From Planctomycetota bacterium (GTDB taxonomy: Bacteria > Planctomycetota > B15-G4): DNA of 64,000 bases. The stretch is from NCBI GenBank assembly GCA_965248575.1, contig CBDFJQ010000002.1:1568001-1632000 (forward strand). Direction: 5' to 3'. The position numbers and the translations under genes were made by a program. Numbering within the stretch: the first letter of the stretch is position 1; every line of letters begins with the position of its first letter. Positions 18,170 to 27,443 of the stretch are shown in pieces. The notes below the pieces were generated by a model, which had not been told where the DNA came from, ran no database searches, and saw only the letters and a list, made by a program, of their open reading frames with translations.

Positions 18170-19161
18170 GACGGCCTCCGTGCAAACCGAGCCGCTGTTG
18201 CGGCGTTCACATGCTGGCCGCGAAGGCCGTGATACACACCGATGATTTTTGCCAGCGCGGCCCGCCCGCGTCCGGAGGGCAGCCCGCGCAGGTAAACCAG
18301 CGGCCAGAGCAGGACGTCATAGAAGAAGAGCGCAGCCCAACCACTCCAGCTCCCATGCTTTCTCAGGAAGTGCACCGAGTTCACTGCTGTCATGTACTTG
18401 CGGCCTGCCGAGTATCCACCACCTGTGCTGGAAGACAGAGCATGATACGCCGCGGCAGTGGGCACCACGAACACTCCAAAACCCTGCTCTCTCATGCGCA
18501 GACACCAATCGGCGTCTTCGAGGTAGCAAAAGAACTCCTCGTCCAATTCGCCCACCACTTCCCAGGCCCTGCGGGAGACGAGCATGCAGGTGCCGGGCAC
18601 GTAGTCCCGCGCCACCGGCTCCGCCTGGAGATGTGCTGCGGAGGTCCGTCCGTGGTCCACCAGCTGCGTGACATTGGCCGTGAGGCCAATCCGGCCCCCA
18701 TTCGCCCAGACGCGCTCGGGGTCATCCCGGTAGTAGACGCAGGGGCCCAGTGCGCCGAGGCCCATCTCGGTCTGCGTCTGCAGACTTTCAGTCGCCTTGA
18801 GCAAGCGCGCGAAGAGCTGCGGCTCGGCTACCACATCGCTGTTCATGAGGCACACCCACTCAGCTCCCATCTCGCCGAAGGCATGCCGCATGGCACGGTT
18901 GTTGCCCCCGGCGTAGCCGAGATTCTGCTCGAAGCGCAGCACCGAGAGCTGGGGGTCGGCCGACTCCAAGCGTTCCACGGACCCATCCGTCGAACCATTG
19001 TCGGCCAGCAGCACCCGGGGACGCGGAGCCTCCGCGACATGCAGCGACGCCAGGCACTCCGCTGTCTCCTCACCGCCGTTCCAGTTGAGCACGATGGCCA
19101 CGACGCGAGGGTCGGTGTCCACGGGCAGGCCCACTGGATCTTGGTCGGGGTCGGAGGTCAT
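18166..19161 (-). CDS. Glycosyltransferase family 2
   Basis: VLNWNG, DNGSTDGS, NLGYAGGNN, MNSD, EDADWC; TGATG coupling with the upstream gene gives start 19161. Confidence 0.9.
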   Translation of the reverse strand: MTSDPDQDPVGLPVDTDPRVVAIVLNWNGGEETAECLASLHVAEAPRPRVLLADNGSTDGSVERLESADPQLSVLRFEQNLGYAGGNNRAMRHAFGEMGAEWVCLMNSDVVAEPQLFARLLKATESLQTQTEMGLGALGPCVYYRDDPERVWANGGRIGLTANVTQLVDHGRTSAAHLQAEPVARDYVPGTCMLVSRRAWEVVGELDEEFFCYLEDADWCLRMREQGFGVFVVPTAAAYHALSSSTGGGYSAGRKYMTAVNSVHFLRKHGSWSGWAALFFYDVLLWPLVYLRGLPSGRGRAALAKIIGVYHGLRGQHVNAATAARFARRPS

Positions 19162-20309
19162 CAAGACGAGGGGGTCTGGCGAGGGCTTGCCTGGTGGACA
19201 GGCCTGCCGGATTGTCGGGGGAGGAGGCAACCGGCTGCGGCCCACCAGGCTGACAGCATCCCGTTCAGGAGCCGGATGAGTCTAGCCTCCAATCCCCTGC
19301 GCTGAATCACGGGGGAAAAGGTCAGGTCCCGGCAGCCGAGCAGCAGACCGTCGCCCACCACCCGCTGATGTGCGAGTTCCCGACGGAGGCGCCAGGCGCG
19401 GGGAAGGAGCTTCAGGAGAGCCAGTCGTCCCTTGAGATAGTCGCCGAAAACGCCGCGAGAGGCCGCGAACGCGCCCCAAACACAGGCATAGGCGAATCGC
19501 CCGGGCAGGCTCAGGAGCAGCGCCGGCCAGGAGTAGTTCTTCAGCACGAGGTAGGCCCGATTGCGCGCGTGCAGGTAGGCGCGGCGGCCGGGATAGGACG
19601 GTGCGCCGGGCCGAAAGGAAATTCCGGCCGTGCCTTCGCGGTGCAACACGATGGCCTGGGGTACACGCCGCAGGCGGTGGCCGCGGGCTCGAAGGCGGTA
19701 GCTCAGGTCATGGTCTTCGAACAGGATGAAGAAGGCCTCGTCCCAGCCGCCAGCCGACATGACCACTGCCCGGCTCACGAGCAGCGCCATGCTGATCACG
19801 GCGTCCACATCCTCGGCATCGCTGGGCGCACCCTCGACGCGCGCCAGCAGGTTGTCGAGGCACATGATGCCCACGTAGTGCATATCGCCACCGTCGTAGT
19901 GCACCACCTCGGGGTCGTGAGCCAGGACCGCTCGCGGTTGTACGACAGCCACGTCCTCCGAGGCGATCTCAGGCAACAGGCGCAGCAGCGTGTCGCCCTG
20001 CACGATCACGTCGCTGTCGATCTGCAGCACCCACTCGGTGTGCGCTTCTGCGAGCCCCGCATTGCGCGCGGCGCAGGGGCCATCGTTGGTCTCCAGCATC
20101 ACCAACCGTACGGGGCAGGCATGCCGCCTGATCTGCTCGGGGCTCCCGTCCGTGGATGCGTTGTCCACGACGATGATCTCCTCGACCGCGCCCTCCAACT
20201 TCAGCAAGGCCTCCAGGCACTCTTCAATGAAGGCGGCGCCGTTGTAGTTCACCACCGTAACCGTCACCGGGGTCTGCAACACATCGGCGGTCGAGGCCCG
20301 GCCGTTCAT
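19161..20309 (-). CDS. Glycosyltransferase family 2
   Basis: VVNYNG, VVDNASTDGS, ARNAG, QIDSD, EDHDLSYR. Confidence 0.9.
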   Translation of the reverse strand: MNGRASTADVLQTPVTVTVVNYNGAAFIEECLEALLKLEGAVEEIIVVDNASTDGSPEQIRRHACPVRLVMLETNDGPCAARNAGLAEAHTEWVLQIDSDVIVQGDTLLRLLPEIASEDVAVVQPRAVLAHDPEVVHYDGGDMHYVGIMCLDNLLARVEGAPSDAEDVDAVISMALLVSRAVVMSAGGWDEAFFILFEDHDLSYRLRARGHRLRRVPQAIVLHREGTAGISFRPGAPSYPGRRAYLHARNRAYLVLKNYSWPALLLSLPGRFAYACVWGAFAASRGVFGDYLKGRLALLKLLPRAWRLRRELAHQRVVGDGLLLGCRDLTFSPVIQRRGLEARLIRLLNGMLSAWWAAAGCLLPRQSGRPVHQASPRQTPSS

Positions 20310-20310
20310 C

Positions 20311-21276
20311 TCAGGCTCCGGGCAAGCGGAAGTCGGGTGAATCCACGAGCTTCCGGTGGGCCAGGCAGTACGGCAGGTTGAGCAGCGCGTTGAGCGTCGC
20401 CTTGATGACGATCAGAGGCGCACCCTCCGTGTCCTTCATGGACTGGGCCAAGCCCATGGTGCCCGTGGCTTCCAGTTCGGCCTCCCCTGCCGAGCCCGTC
20501 GCGTCAGACTGCACGGCGGCTTTTCTGCCCCCGCCCCCGCCCAGGGCCTTGCGCGCCATGCCCCAGGCGACGGCCGCTACGTCGACCCAGCGGCAACTCT
20601 TGAAGGCGTACAACCAGTAATTGCGCACGTGGTAGTAGAGCGACCGCTTGCCGGCCTTCATGCCGAAAGGCGTCGCGTGGTGGATCACTGGCTCGGGGTC
20701 CTGGAGGATGCGGTAGCCCAGCCCCAACACGCGCGCCGACAGGTCGCGCTCATTCCCGTAGATGAAGAACCGTTCGTCGTACCAACCGGCCCGCTCGATG
20801 ACATCCCGCCGGGCCAAGGTGCCGCAACCTCGGAAGGTGGATGCGTAGTAGGCCCCTCGCTCGACCTCGGCCCGTTGATAAGCCTCCGGCATGCCGGGCT
20901 CGATGATGCGGCTGGAGACCATGGCAGTGGTCTCGGGCTCGGCCAGCATCCGGGACTCCAGCAACTCGAGCCAGCGCGGGGTCGCCACCACGTCGTCGTC
21001 CATGATGGCGACGGCCTCGCCACGCGTGAGTTTGAAGCCGATGTTGAAGGTCTCGCAAGCGCCGTAGCCATCGTGGGCGACCTGGGCCACCACCACATCC
21101 GGGTGCTCCCGGCTGAGCATGGCCACCGTGTCGTCGGTGGACGCATTGTCCACCACGACGATCTCGTCGGGGGGACGGGTCCCGCCTTTCAGGGCGGCCA
21201 CATTCGCAGCCACCGCATCGCAGCGATTCCAGGTGGAGATGACCGCAGAGATCTTCATCGACGAAGGCGAGCTCAA
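20311..21276 (-). CDS. Glycosyltransferase family 2
   Basis: ISTWNR, VVDNASTDDT, IMDDD, NERDLSAR. Confidence 0.9.
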   Translation of the reverse strand: MSSPSSMKISAVISTWNRCDAVAANVAALKGGTRPPDEIVVVDNASTDDTVAMLSREHPDVVVAQVAHDGYGACETFNIGFKLTRGEAVAIMDDDVVATPRWLELLESRMLAEPETTAMVSSRIIEPGMPEAYQRAEVERGAYYASTFRGCGTLARRDVIERAGWYDERFFIYGNERDLSARVLGLGYRILQDPEPVIHHATPFGMKAGKRSLYYHVRNYWLYAFKSCRWVDVAAVAWGMARKALGGGGGRKAAVQSDATGSAGEAELEATGTMGLAQSMKDTEGAPLIVIKATLNALLNLPYCLAHRKLVDSPDFRLPGA

Positions 21277-21362
21277 AGGATTCCGAGTCTACCGATTTCG
21301 GTCCATGGGACGCCCGAGAAGGACTTCCACGCCCTCCCATCGACCGGAGCAGGACTTGAGCT

Positions 21363-22115
21363 TCAGACGCGATTCAACAGCTTCGCCAGCCCATGCAGCT
21401 GGGCCACGATGGCGGGGACGTCCGGGGCCTGCACTTCCATGAACGCTTCGGCATGCGTCACCCCGTTCACATCGACGTTCACCGTGCGTGCACGGTTGCG
21501 CGCATCGACCTTCTCCACGATGTCGATGCGATCCAATTGACTGGCGAAGGCCTCCAACGCCGACCGCTTGAGGGGATTGATGGGCGTGATGTCGAGCAAG
21601 AAGCTGGCCATGCACTCGGCGTTCACCTCGTAGAGCAGGAGCGTGATGTCCCTTCGCTGCCCCAGGGCCTTCACCACGGCATGCAAGGTGGCGACATGGT
21701 CAGGGTGCATCTCGAAGGGCGACGGGGCGTAGATGATCCGGGGCTGCACAAGCTCCACGCACTCCGCGATGCGCGCCGCCAGGCCCTGGTCGTCCGCCAC
21801 CGCGCCATCCTGGGCGTTCAGGCATGAGGCCTCCGTCAAGCCGAGCAGGTGGGCCGCGGTGCGGGACTCAGCCAGGCGTTCCCCAGCATCGCCCGCTGCT
21901 TCGCCCAGGGTCACCAAGGCCACGTGCACGGGGTCGCCCCGCTGCAGGTGCATGACGGCGGCTCCTCCACACCCACAGATCTCGTCGTCGGGGTGCGGGG
22001 CCACGATCAGCACGGGGCCCACCGGAACCCGGGACAGGTCATGCAGAGGAGGGAAGTCCTGAGCCGGACGTCGGTCGGCGGGGCTGCCGTGAGGATCTTC
22101 GGGGGGCATCGACAT
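21363..22115 (-). CDS. PIG-L/LmbE-family N-acetylhexosamine deacetylase
   Basis: APHPDDE and HPDH metal-binding motifs. Confidence 0.92.
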   Translation of the reverse strand: MSMPPEDPHGSPADRRPAQDFPPLHDLSRVPVGPVLIVAPHPDDEICGCGGAAVMHLQRGDPVHVALVTLGEAAGDAGERLAESRTAAHLLGLTEASCLNAQDGAVADDQGLAARIAECVELVQPRIIYAPSPFEMHPDHVATLHAVVKALGQRRDITLLLYEVNAECMASFLLDITPINPLKRSALEAFASQLDRIDIVEKVDARNRARTVNVDVNGVTHAEAFMEVQAPDVPAIVAQLHGLAKLLNRV

Positions 22116-22118
22116 ACT

Positions 22119-23372
22119 TCAACAAGCCTTCCCGCACGCCTTGATGACGCGCTGGTAAACGGTGTCCACACGCTGAGCGTGGGTCGCGGGGTCGAGCAGG
22201 TCCTCGTGAGCCGCGCGTCGCCAGGTATCCAACGGGTCGCGATCGTCGAGCAGCTGCTTCAGACGGTCTGCCAACGCCTGGGGTTCACCTGCGGGCACCG
22301 TGCAGCCCGCCTGGCCCAGGCTCTCGGGCAGTGCACCACGGTCCGAGGTGATGACCGCTAGCCCCAAGCTGCGGGCCTCCGCCACCACCAGGCCGAAGGT
22401 CTCCTCGGCGCGACTGGGGAACACCGCCAGGTCGGCGCCGGCCGCCAGCTCAGCAAGCTGGTCGCTCTCATAGGCACCGGTGAATTCCACGGGCAGGCCC
22501 CTCGCCAACTCCCGCAGGCGCTCGCCATACGCCGCATCTGTCGCAGCTCCCAGGATCTTCAGACTGAGGCGTTCGTCCGCTACGAGCCGGAGCGCCTGGA
22601 TCAGGTCGTGGACGCCCTTGGCCGGAGCGAGGTGTCCCCAGGTCACAAGCCGAAGTGCGGACGGGTCATTCACGCCGGCATGGGCCGTGGCTGCTCGGAT
22701 CGAATCCACTCGCGGAGCGTGGGGCAGGACCTCCAGCTGACCAGGCGCAAAGAGGCCGCTGCGCTCCCAGCGGTCAGCGACCATCCGGCTCGGCACCAGC
22801 ACGGCGCCCATGGCGGCCGCCTCACGCCTGGCGCCAGCCGTCTTGTCGCGCAGCTCGTGTTCCAGTTGGTCCTTGCCCCCGGGAAAGTCTGGCAGGACAC
22901 AGTCGAAACAGCGCGTATTGGGCAACGGAAAGGCCTGCGCACAGGAGGAACCGTCCGGGCGCGTCAGGAAAAAGCGCGCACAGACCAAGGTGTAGTCGTG
23001 CAGCGTCGCGACAACGGGGTAGCCGGCCTGCGCGATGCGGGAGGCGAGGTCCGCCGAGAGATTCAAGGTGTGGTGTAGGTGCACAACGGCCGGCGCCGCC
23101 TCCTCCAGCAGGCGCAGGACCTGTGCGGTGACGCGCTCCAGGCGTGCGTCCACGGAGTAGTTCTCGTCGGCACGGCGCCGGATGCGCCACACGCTCACCT
23201 GCCCCAACTCGTCACGCACCACGGGTGCTTCGGCATCGCGCAGCTCGGACCCGGTGATGACGAGGGGCTCGTCGCCCCGCGCCAGCTGCTCCGCAGCCAG
23301 ACTCTCCACGCAAGCCTCGGTCCCGCCCCGGAACTCGGGCGGGTAGTTGTGCACCAGGTGCACGACTCTCAC
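22119..23372 (-). CDS. Glycosyltransferase family 4
   Basis: GTGA overlap gives start 23372; HNYPPEFRGGTE, TLHDYTLVC, GHLAPAKG, ETFGLVVAEA. Confidence 0.9.
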   Translation of the reverse strand: MRVVHLVHNYPPEFRGGTEACVESLAAEQLARGDEPLVITGSELRDAEAPVVRDELGQVSVWRIRRRADENYSVDARLERVTAQVLRLLEEAAPAVVHLHHTLNLSADLASRIAQAGYPVVATLHDYTLVCARFFLTRPDGSSCAQAFPLPNTRCFDCVLPDFPGGKDQLEHELRDKTAGARREAAAMGAVLVPSRMVADRWERSGLFAPGQLEVLPHAPRVDSIRAATAHAGVNDPSALRLVTWGHLAPAKGVHDLIQALRLVADERLSLKILGAATDAAYGERLRELARGLPVEFTGAYESDQLAELAAGADLAVFPSRAEETFGLVVAEARSLGLAVITSDRGALPESLGQAGCTVPAGEPQALADRLKQLLDDRDPLDTWRRAAHEDLLDPATHAQRVDTVYQRVIKACGKAC

Positions 23373-24085
23373 AGGACCTCCAGGAAGGCCTCCGCCCGAT
23401 GCTCCCCGGCGGCTCCGGCCCCTGGCAGGAGCACCGCCCTGTAGCGGTTCATGCCCTCGGTGGCCCCAAGGATGTCGGAGTGTTCGAGCTGGCTCGCATA
23501 ACAAGCGATGGCCCGGCGCTTGCTGTCGTAGACAGGCGTGACATCCACGAGGACGTCCGGGACCAGCGGGGACCAGACCTCATAACCGAAGAGCGGCTTC
23601 CCTCGCCCGTGCTTGCGGTGCGCTGCCTTCGCCGCGAGCCCGATGAAGTGGTGGTCACTGTGGGCCTCCGCCGCGTGCGGCGCATAGACCACGTCGGGCT
23701 GGAGGCGTTCGTACTCGGCGCACAACATGTCCGTGATGTGCGCCAGGTCCTGCGTCGTGACCACGCAGCTGTCCGGGAAGTCCCAGAACACCAGCTCCGC
23801 GATGCCCAGCTCAGCCGCCGCAGCGCGCGCCTCGGCCTGGCGCATGGCCACATAATGCCCGGGCTCATGGACCTTGTCCGGGTCTCCATGAACGCCTGTC
23901 GTGGCAAACAACACATGCACCGTGTCGCCTGCAGCCGCATGCAGCGCCAAGGTGCCTCCCAGGCCCACCGTCTCGTCGTCCGGGTGCGGAGCCAACACGA
24001 GCACCGTGCCCGAGGCCGGCGCCGATTCCAAGGTGCGCGGGAGGCTCGGTGGCTGCAGCGGGCGTGGTGGTTTGGCCTCTGTCAC
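23369..24085 (-). CDS. PIG-L/LmbE-family deacetylase
   Basis: APHPDDE and HSDH motifs. Confidence 0.92.
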   Translation of the reverse strand: MTEAKPPRPLQPPSLPRTLESAPASGTVLVLAPHPDDETVGLGGTLALHAAAGDTVHVLFATTGVHGDPDKVHEPGHYVAMRQAEARAAAAELGIAELVFWDFPDSCVVTTQDLAHITDMLCAEYERLQPDVVYAPHAAEAHSDHHFIGLAAKAAHRKHGRGKPLFGYEVWSPLVPDVLVDVTPVYDSKRRAIACYASQLEHSDILGATEGMNRYRAVLLPGAGAAGEHRAEAFLEVL

Positions 24086-25342
24086 CTAGTCGTTGACCTT
24101 CTGGATGCGCAACAACTTGCCCAGGATGATGGCCAAGCCAAAGGCCGAGGCGGAGAACAAGGCACCCATCTTGGCCTCGCCCTGCAGGCCCGGGGTCGTG
24201 TAGGCCTCACCGGCCACGAACAGTGCAACGGTCAAGCCCAAGCCGGCCACCAGACCCGCCACCGCCAAGGAGCGCAGGTCCATGCCGTCGGGGAGCGGAA
24301 AGCCCAGCAGCTTGCCCAGGTAGGACATACCGAAGATGCCGACGGTCTTGCCGACCAGCAGGGACGCCAGGATGATCCAGGTCAGGTTGCCCATGTTGGC
24401 AAGGGCGACGCCGGCGTTGGAGAAGGCAAACAGGAACAGCCCATAGTCCACGAAGGTCTTGAAGAAGTGCTCGAAGGCCTCCAAGGGACTGGAGACGTGA
24501 TGCGGCATGGTGCCGGCACCGACGTCTTCCTCCTCGGTGATGAGCCCCATCTGCGGACGGTCCGCAGGCAGGAAGGGCACGATGAAGACGAGCGCCAAGG
24601 CCGGGTGCAGATGGGCCATGATGAGCCCGTACCAACTCAGGCCGCCACCCACGAGGATGTAGGGCACCCAGCTGCGCACGTTCATCTTGCGCAAGACCAC
24701 GGACACCAACATGCCGCCCAGGATGAACAGCATCATCGTGGGGGCCACGGGGTGTGCCGGGTCCGGGTAGGCCACGGCGATGATGCCCAAGCCGATGGCG
24801 TCGTCGGCCACGGCCAGCAGCAGCAGGAAGTTCACAGCCGGATGCTTGGCGCCGAACACGAGCCGCGCCGCGAGCCATGCCAGTGCGATGTCGGTCGCCG
24901 TGGGTACACCCCACCCATTGGCGACGGCAGCCTCATCCGGCGAACCTCCGTAGAGAAAGTGCACCAGGAGGAAGAAGGTGCCCACTGGCCCGATCACTCC
25001 GCCGAGCGTGCCCAGGAGCGGGTTGATGGCTTTGGACGGCGGGTTCAGCGAGCCACCGGGCAGGATGGCGTCGGTGATCTCCTTCGCTGCGATGCCGAAG
25101 AACAACACCATGAAGATGTCGTTGATCAGAAAGCCCAAGGTGATGGGATGGCCCAGGATCGAGCCCCCCACCAACGCTCCGTTGACAGCGTTCTCGTACC
25201 AATCCGGCGCGCTGTTGGCGGCCCAGAGCGCGGCAAACACACCCACGATCAAGGGGATCGAATACTCCTGAATGCTGCCGAGGATTCCCTTCTTGGCGCT
25301 CACGTCGTCTCCAGGCTCCTGTTGAAACACTGCATGATTCAC
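24086..25342 (-). CDS. nhaA: Na+/H+ antiporter, NhaA family
   Basis: INDIFMVLFF, GWGVPTATDIA, LAVADDAIG, GKTVGI, GLGLTVALF. Confidence 0.92.
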   Translation of the reverse strand: MNHAVFQQEPGDDVSAKKGILGSIQEYSIPLIVGVFAALWAANSAPDWYENAVNGALVGGSILGHPITLGFLINDIFMVLFFGIAAKEITDAILPGGSLNPPSKAINPLLGTLGGVIGPVGTFFLLVHFLYGGSPDEAAVANGWGVPTATDIALAWLAARLVFGAKHPAVNFLLLLAVADDAIGLGIIAVAYPDPAHPVAPTMMLFILGGMLVSVVLRKMNVRSWVPYILVGGGLSWYGLIMAHLHPALALVFIVPFLPADRPQMGLITEEEDVGAGTMPHHVSSPLEAFEHFFKTFVDYGLFLFAFSNAGVALANMGNLTWIILASLLVGKTVGIFGMSYLGKLLGFPLPDGMDLRSLAVAGLVAGLGLTVALFVAGEAYTTPGLQGEAKMGALFSASAFGLAIILGKLLRIQKVND

Positions 25343-25347
25343 ATGAA

Positions 25348-26367
25348 TCAGTAGATGTCTGAATCGCCCATGGTGAAGAACCAGTGAGCCGCTGACCAGT
25401 CGAGATCAAAGTCGCGGCCGTACACCATGATGCAGAGGTTGAAGGGGCTGATCTCTTCGGTGAATCCAAGCGACCGCAAGGTCTTCAACTGGGGCATCTG
25501 CGGGGTCACCCAGGTCTCGAGGCGCCCGCCTCCCTCAGCCAGGGCCAGACGCCCCACCTCGGCCAAGAGAGCCGCCACGGTCTGGCTGTCCCCGCCCGGG
25601 CCGATCCAGTCCATGAGGGGCACGATGGGGTGCCCGAACCAACCCAGGCTGAAGACCAGAGCTCCCACCAGTTCTCCGTCCCGGCGAGCCAGCGCGATGC
25701 GGTAGTCCACATCAGGCCAGTCCCGGTAGCGCCATGCCAGGTAGGTCTCGTCGCGCCACAAGCCGAGCGGGACCTCATCCAGGGTGGCTAGGAACAACTG
25801 CTCGACCTCGGGCAGGGCGCCCCAATCGTCGAGTTCCACGGTCAGGCCGGCCCCCTTCTGGGCCAGGCCTTCGACCCAGGACGCGTCGAACTCCACGACC
25901 TGCGTCGGCATGGGGCAGTGCACCGGCTTGTAGCCCAGGATGCGCGTGCCCACGCCGAAGGCCTGGTTGTTGGGCAGCCCGTAGGCGTACTCGTTCTGAT
26001 CCCCCCCGTCCCCGCGACAGAACTCCTTCAGATACGTCCGACCGATGGTCACGAACATGCTGCTCTTGCGCAGGGAGCCCCGCCAACGGCGGTCGACCAC
26101 CGTGTCCACGGCCTGGGCGCAGACCCTCTTCTCACCCCGGACAGAGCAGCGCAGGGCCATCGCGGAGTAATTGCCGACGATCTCGCCCTGCTCGCTCAAG
26201 GCCACAAGCACCTGGTAGCCCATGGGGTTGTCGATGTACCGGTGCCGCCACGTGGCCATGCTGCGGGGCACGTAGTTCGGGTCATCTTCCGTGAGCACGC
26301 GATTGAAGAGCGAGAGGATGCCCTGCTCATCACCGGGCTGATAGCGACGTATTTCGAATGGGTCCAT
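25348..26367 (-). CDS. GNAT-family N-acyltransferase
   Basis: IRRYQPGDE, QAVDTVVDRRWRG, YGLPN, YLAWRY, C-terminal TMGDSDIY. Confidence 0.82.
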   Translation of the reverse strand: MDPFEIRRYQPGDEQGILSLFNRVLTEDDPNYVPRSMATWRHRYIDNPMGYQVLVALSEQGEIVGNYSAMALRCSVRGEKRVCAQAVDTVVDRRWRGSLRKSSMFVTIGRTYLKEFCRGDGGDQNEYAYGLPNNQAFGVGTRILGYKPVHCPMPTQVVEFDASWVEGLAQKGAGLTVELDDWGALPEVEQLFLATLDEVPLGLWRDETYLAWRYRDWPDVDYRIALARRDGELVGALVFSLGWFGHPIVPLMDWIGPGGDSQTVAALLAEVGRLALAEGGGRLETWVTPQMPQLKTLRSLGFTEEISPFNLCIMVYGRDFDLDWSAAHWFFTMGDSDIY

Positions 26368-26408
26368 GGTTCAGTCGTTTGGTCTGTCGGCAGTCCGGGC
26401 ACCGCCTG

Positions 26409-27443
26409 TCAGTAGATGTCGGTGTCGCCCATGGTCAGGAACCAGTTCTGTTTCACCCACGGGATGTCGTAGGCCCGGGAGAACAGCACCATGCACAAAT
26501 TGAACTGGGTGTGCTCCTCGCCAAAGCCCAGGCTGCGGAGCGTCGCCACGTGGGGCATGGCTGGGGTCACCCAGGACTCCACCCGCGGGTGCTGGCGCTC
26601 GCAGGAGACGGCGGCCACCCGGGCGAGCAGCGCGGCCATGGTCTGTTCGTCCGAGCCCGAGCCGATCCAGTCCAGGACGACCGACACCGGCCTCTTCTCC
26701 CACGGCACGCCCACGCGATAGAAGGCCGCGCCACAGACTTCTCCCTGCCCGCCGTCGCGCCGGGCGAGCAGCAAGCCATAGGGGCTCTCGGGCCAGTCGC
26801 GGAAGCGCCACGACAGATACGCCAGGTCTCGCACGTTGCCCAGCGGCATCTCATGCTCATGGCGCGCCGCCAGCTCGGCCACCTGCTCCAGGGCGTCCCA
26901 ACCAGCGTCCTCTGCCACGACATCGCCGGCCCGGGAAGCGAGCTCCCCCGCCCAGGCCTGGTCGAACTCACGGTACTGGCGCGGTAAGGGGCAGTGCACA
27001 GGCGTGTAGCCCAGCAGCCGAGTGCCCAGGGGATAGTGGTTCTCGTTGGGCAGGCCGTAGATGAAGTCGTTGAACTCCGGCTTGTCGGCATCGCAGTACA
27101 CGCGCTGGTATTCATTCGCGATGGTGATGAACAGGCTGCTCTTGCGCAGCGAACGCCGGAAGGCCATGTCCACGCAACTGTCCACCACCTGCGTGGCCAC
27201 GCGCCGCTCGTCCCCCACCTTCAGCAGCACTGGGCAAGAGGAGTAGTTGGCGACGATGTTGCCGTCCACGTCCAAGCCCACCAGCGTCTGGTGCCCGCGC
27301 GGGTTGGCTTCATAGAGGTGGCGCCAGGTGGCCATGTCCCGGGGGGTGAAGTCCGGGTTGTCGCCGCCGAAGACCCGATTGAAGAGCGGCAGGATCTGCT
27401 CTTCGTCCCCCGCTTCATAGGGTCGGATGGAGAAGCTGCTCAT
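26409..27443 (-). CDS. GNAT-family N-acyltransferase (paralogue of the adjacent gene)
   Basis: ATGA overlap gives start 27443; IRPYEAGDE, YGLPN, YLSWRF, TMGDTDIY. Confidence 0.82.
   Translation of the reverse strand: MSSFSIRPYEAGDEEQILPLFNRVFGGDNPDFTPRDMATWRHLYEANPRGHQTLVGLDVDGNIVANYSSCPVLLKVGDERRVATQVVDSCVDMAFRRSLRKSSLFITIANEYQRVYCDADKPEFNDFIYGLPNENHYPLGTRLLGYTPVHCPLPRQYREFDQAWAGELASRAGDVVAEDAGWDALEQVAELAARHEHEMPLGNVRDLAYLSWRFRDWPESPYGLLLARRDGGQGEVCGAAFYRVGVPWEKRPVSVVLDWIGSGSDEQTMAALLARVAAVSCERQHPRVESWVTPAMPHVATLRSLGFGEEHTQFNLCMVLFSRAYDIPWVKQNWFLTMGDTDIY

Noticed and set aside
23399..25354. 651-aa plus-strand ORF and similar long antisense ORFs (e.g. 5169-6671, 13985-15508, 41696-43450)
   Set aside because: They lie opposite well-supported genes, lack motifs, and are expected in high-GC DNA.
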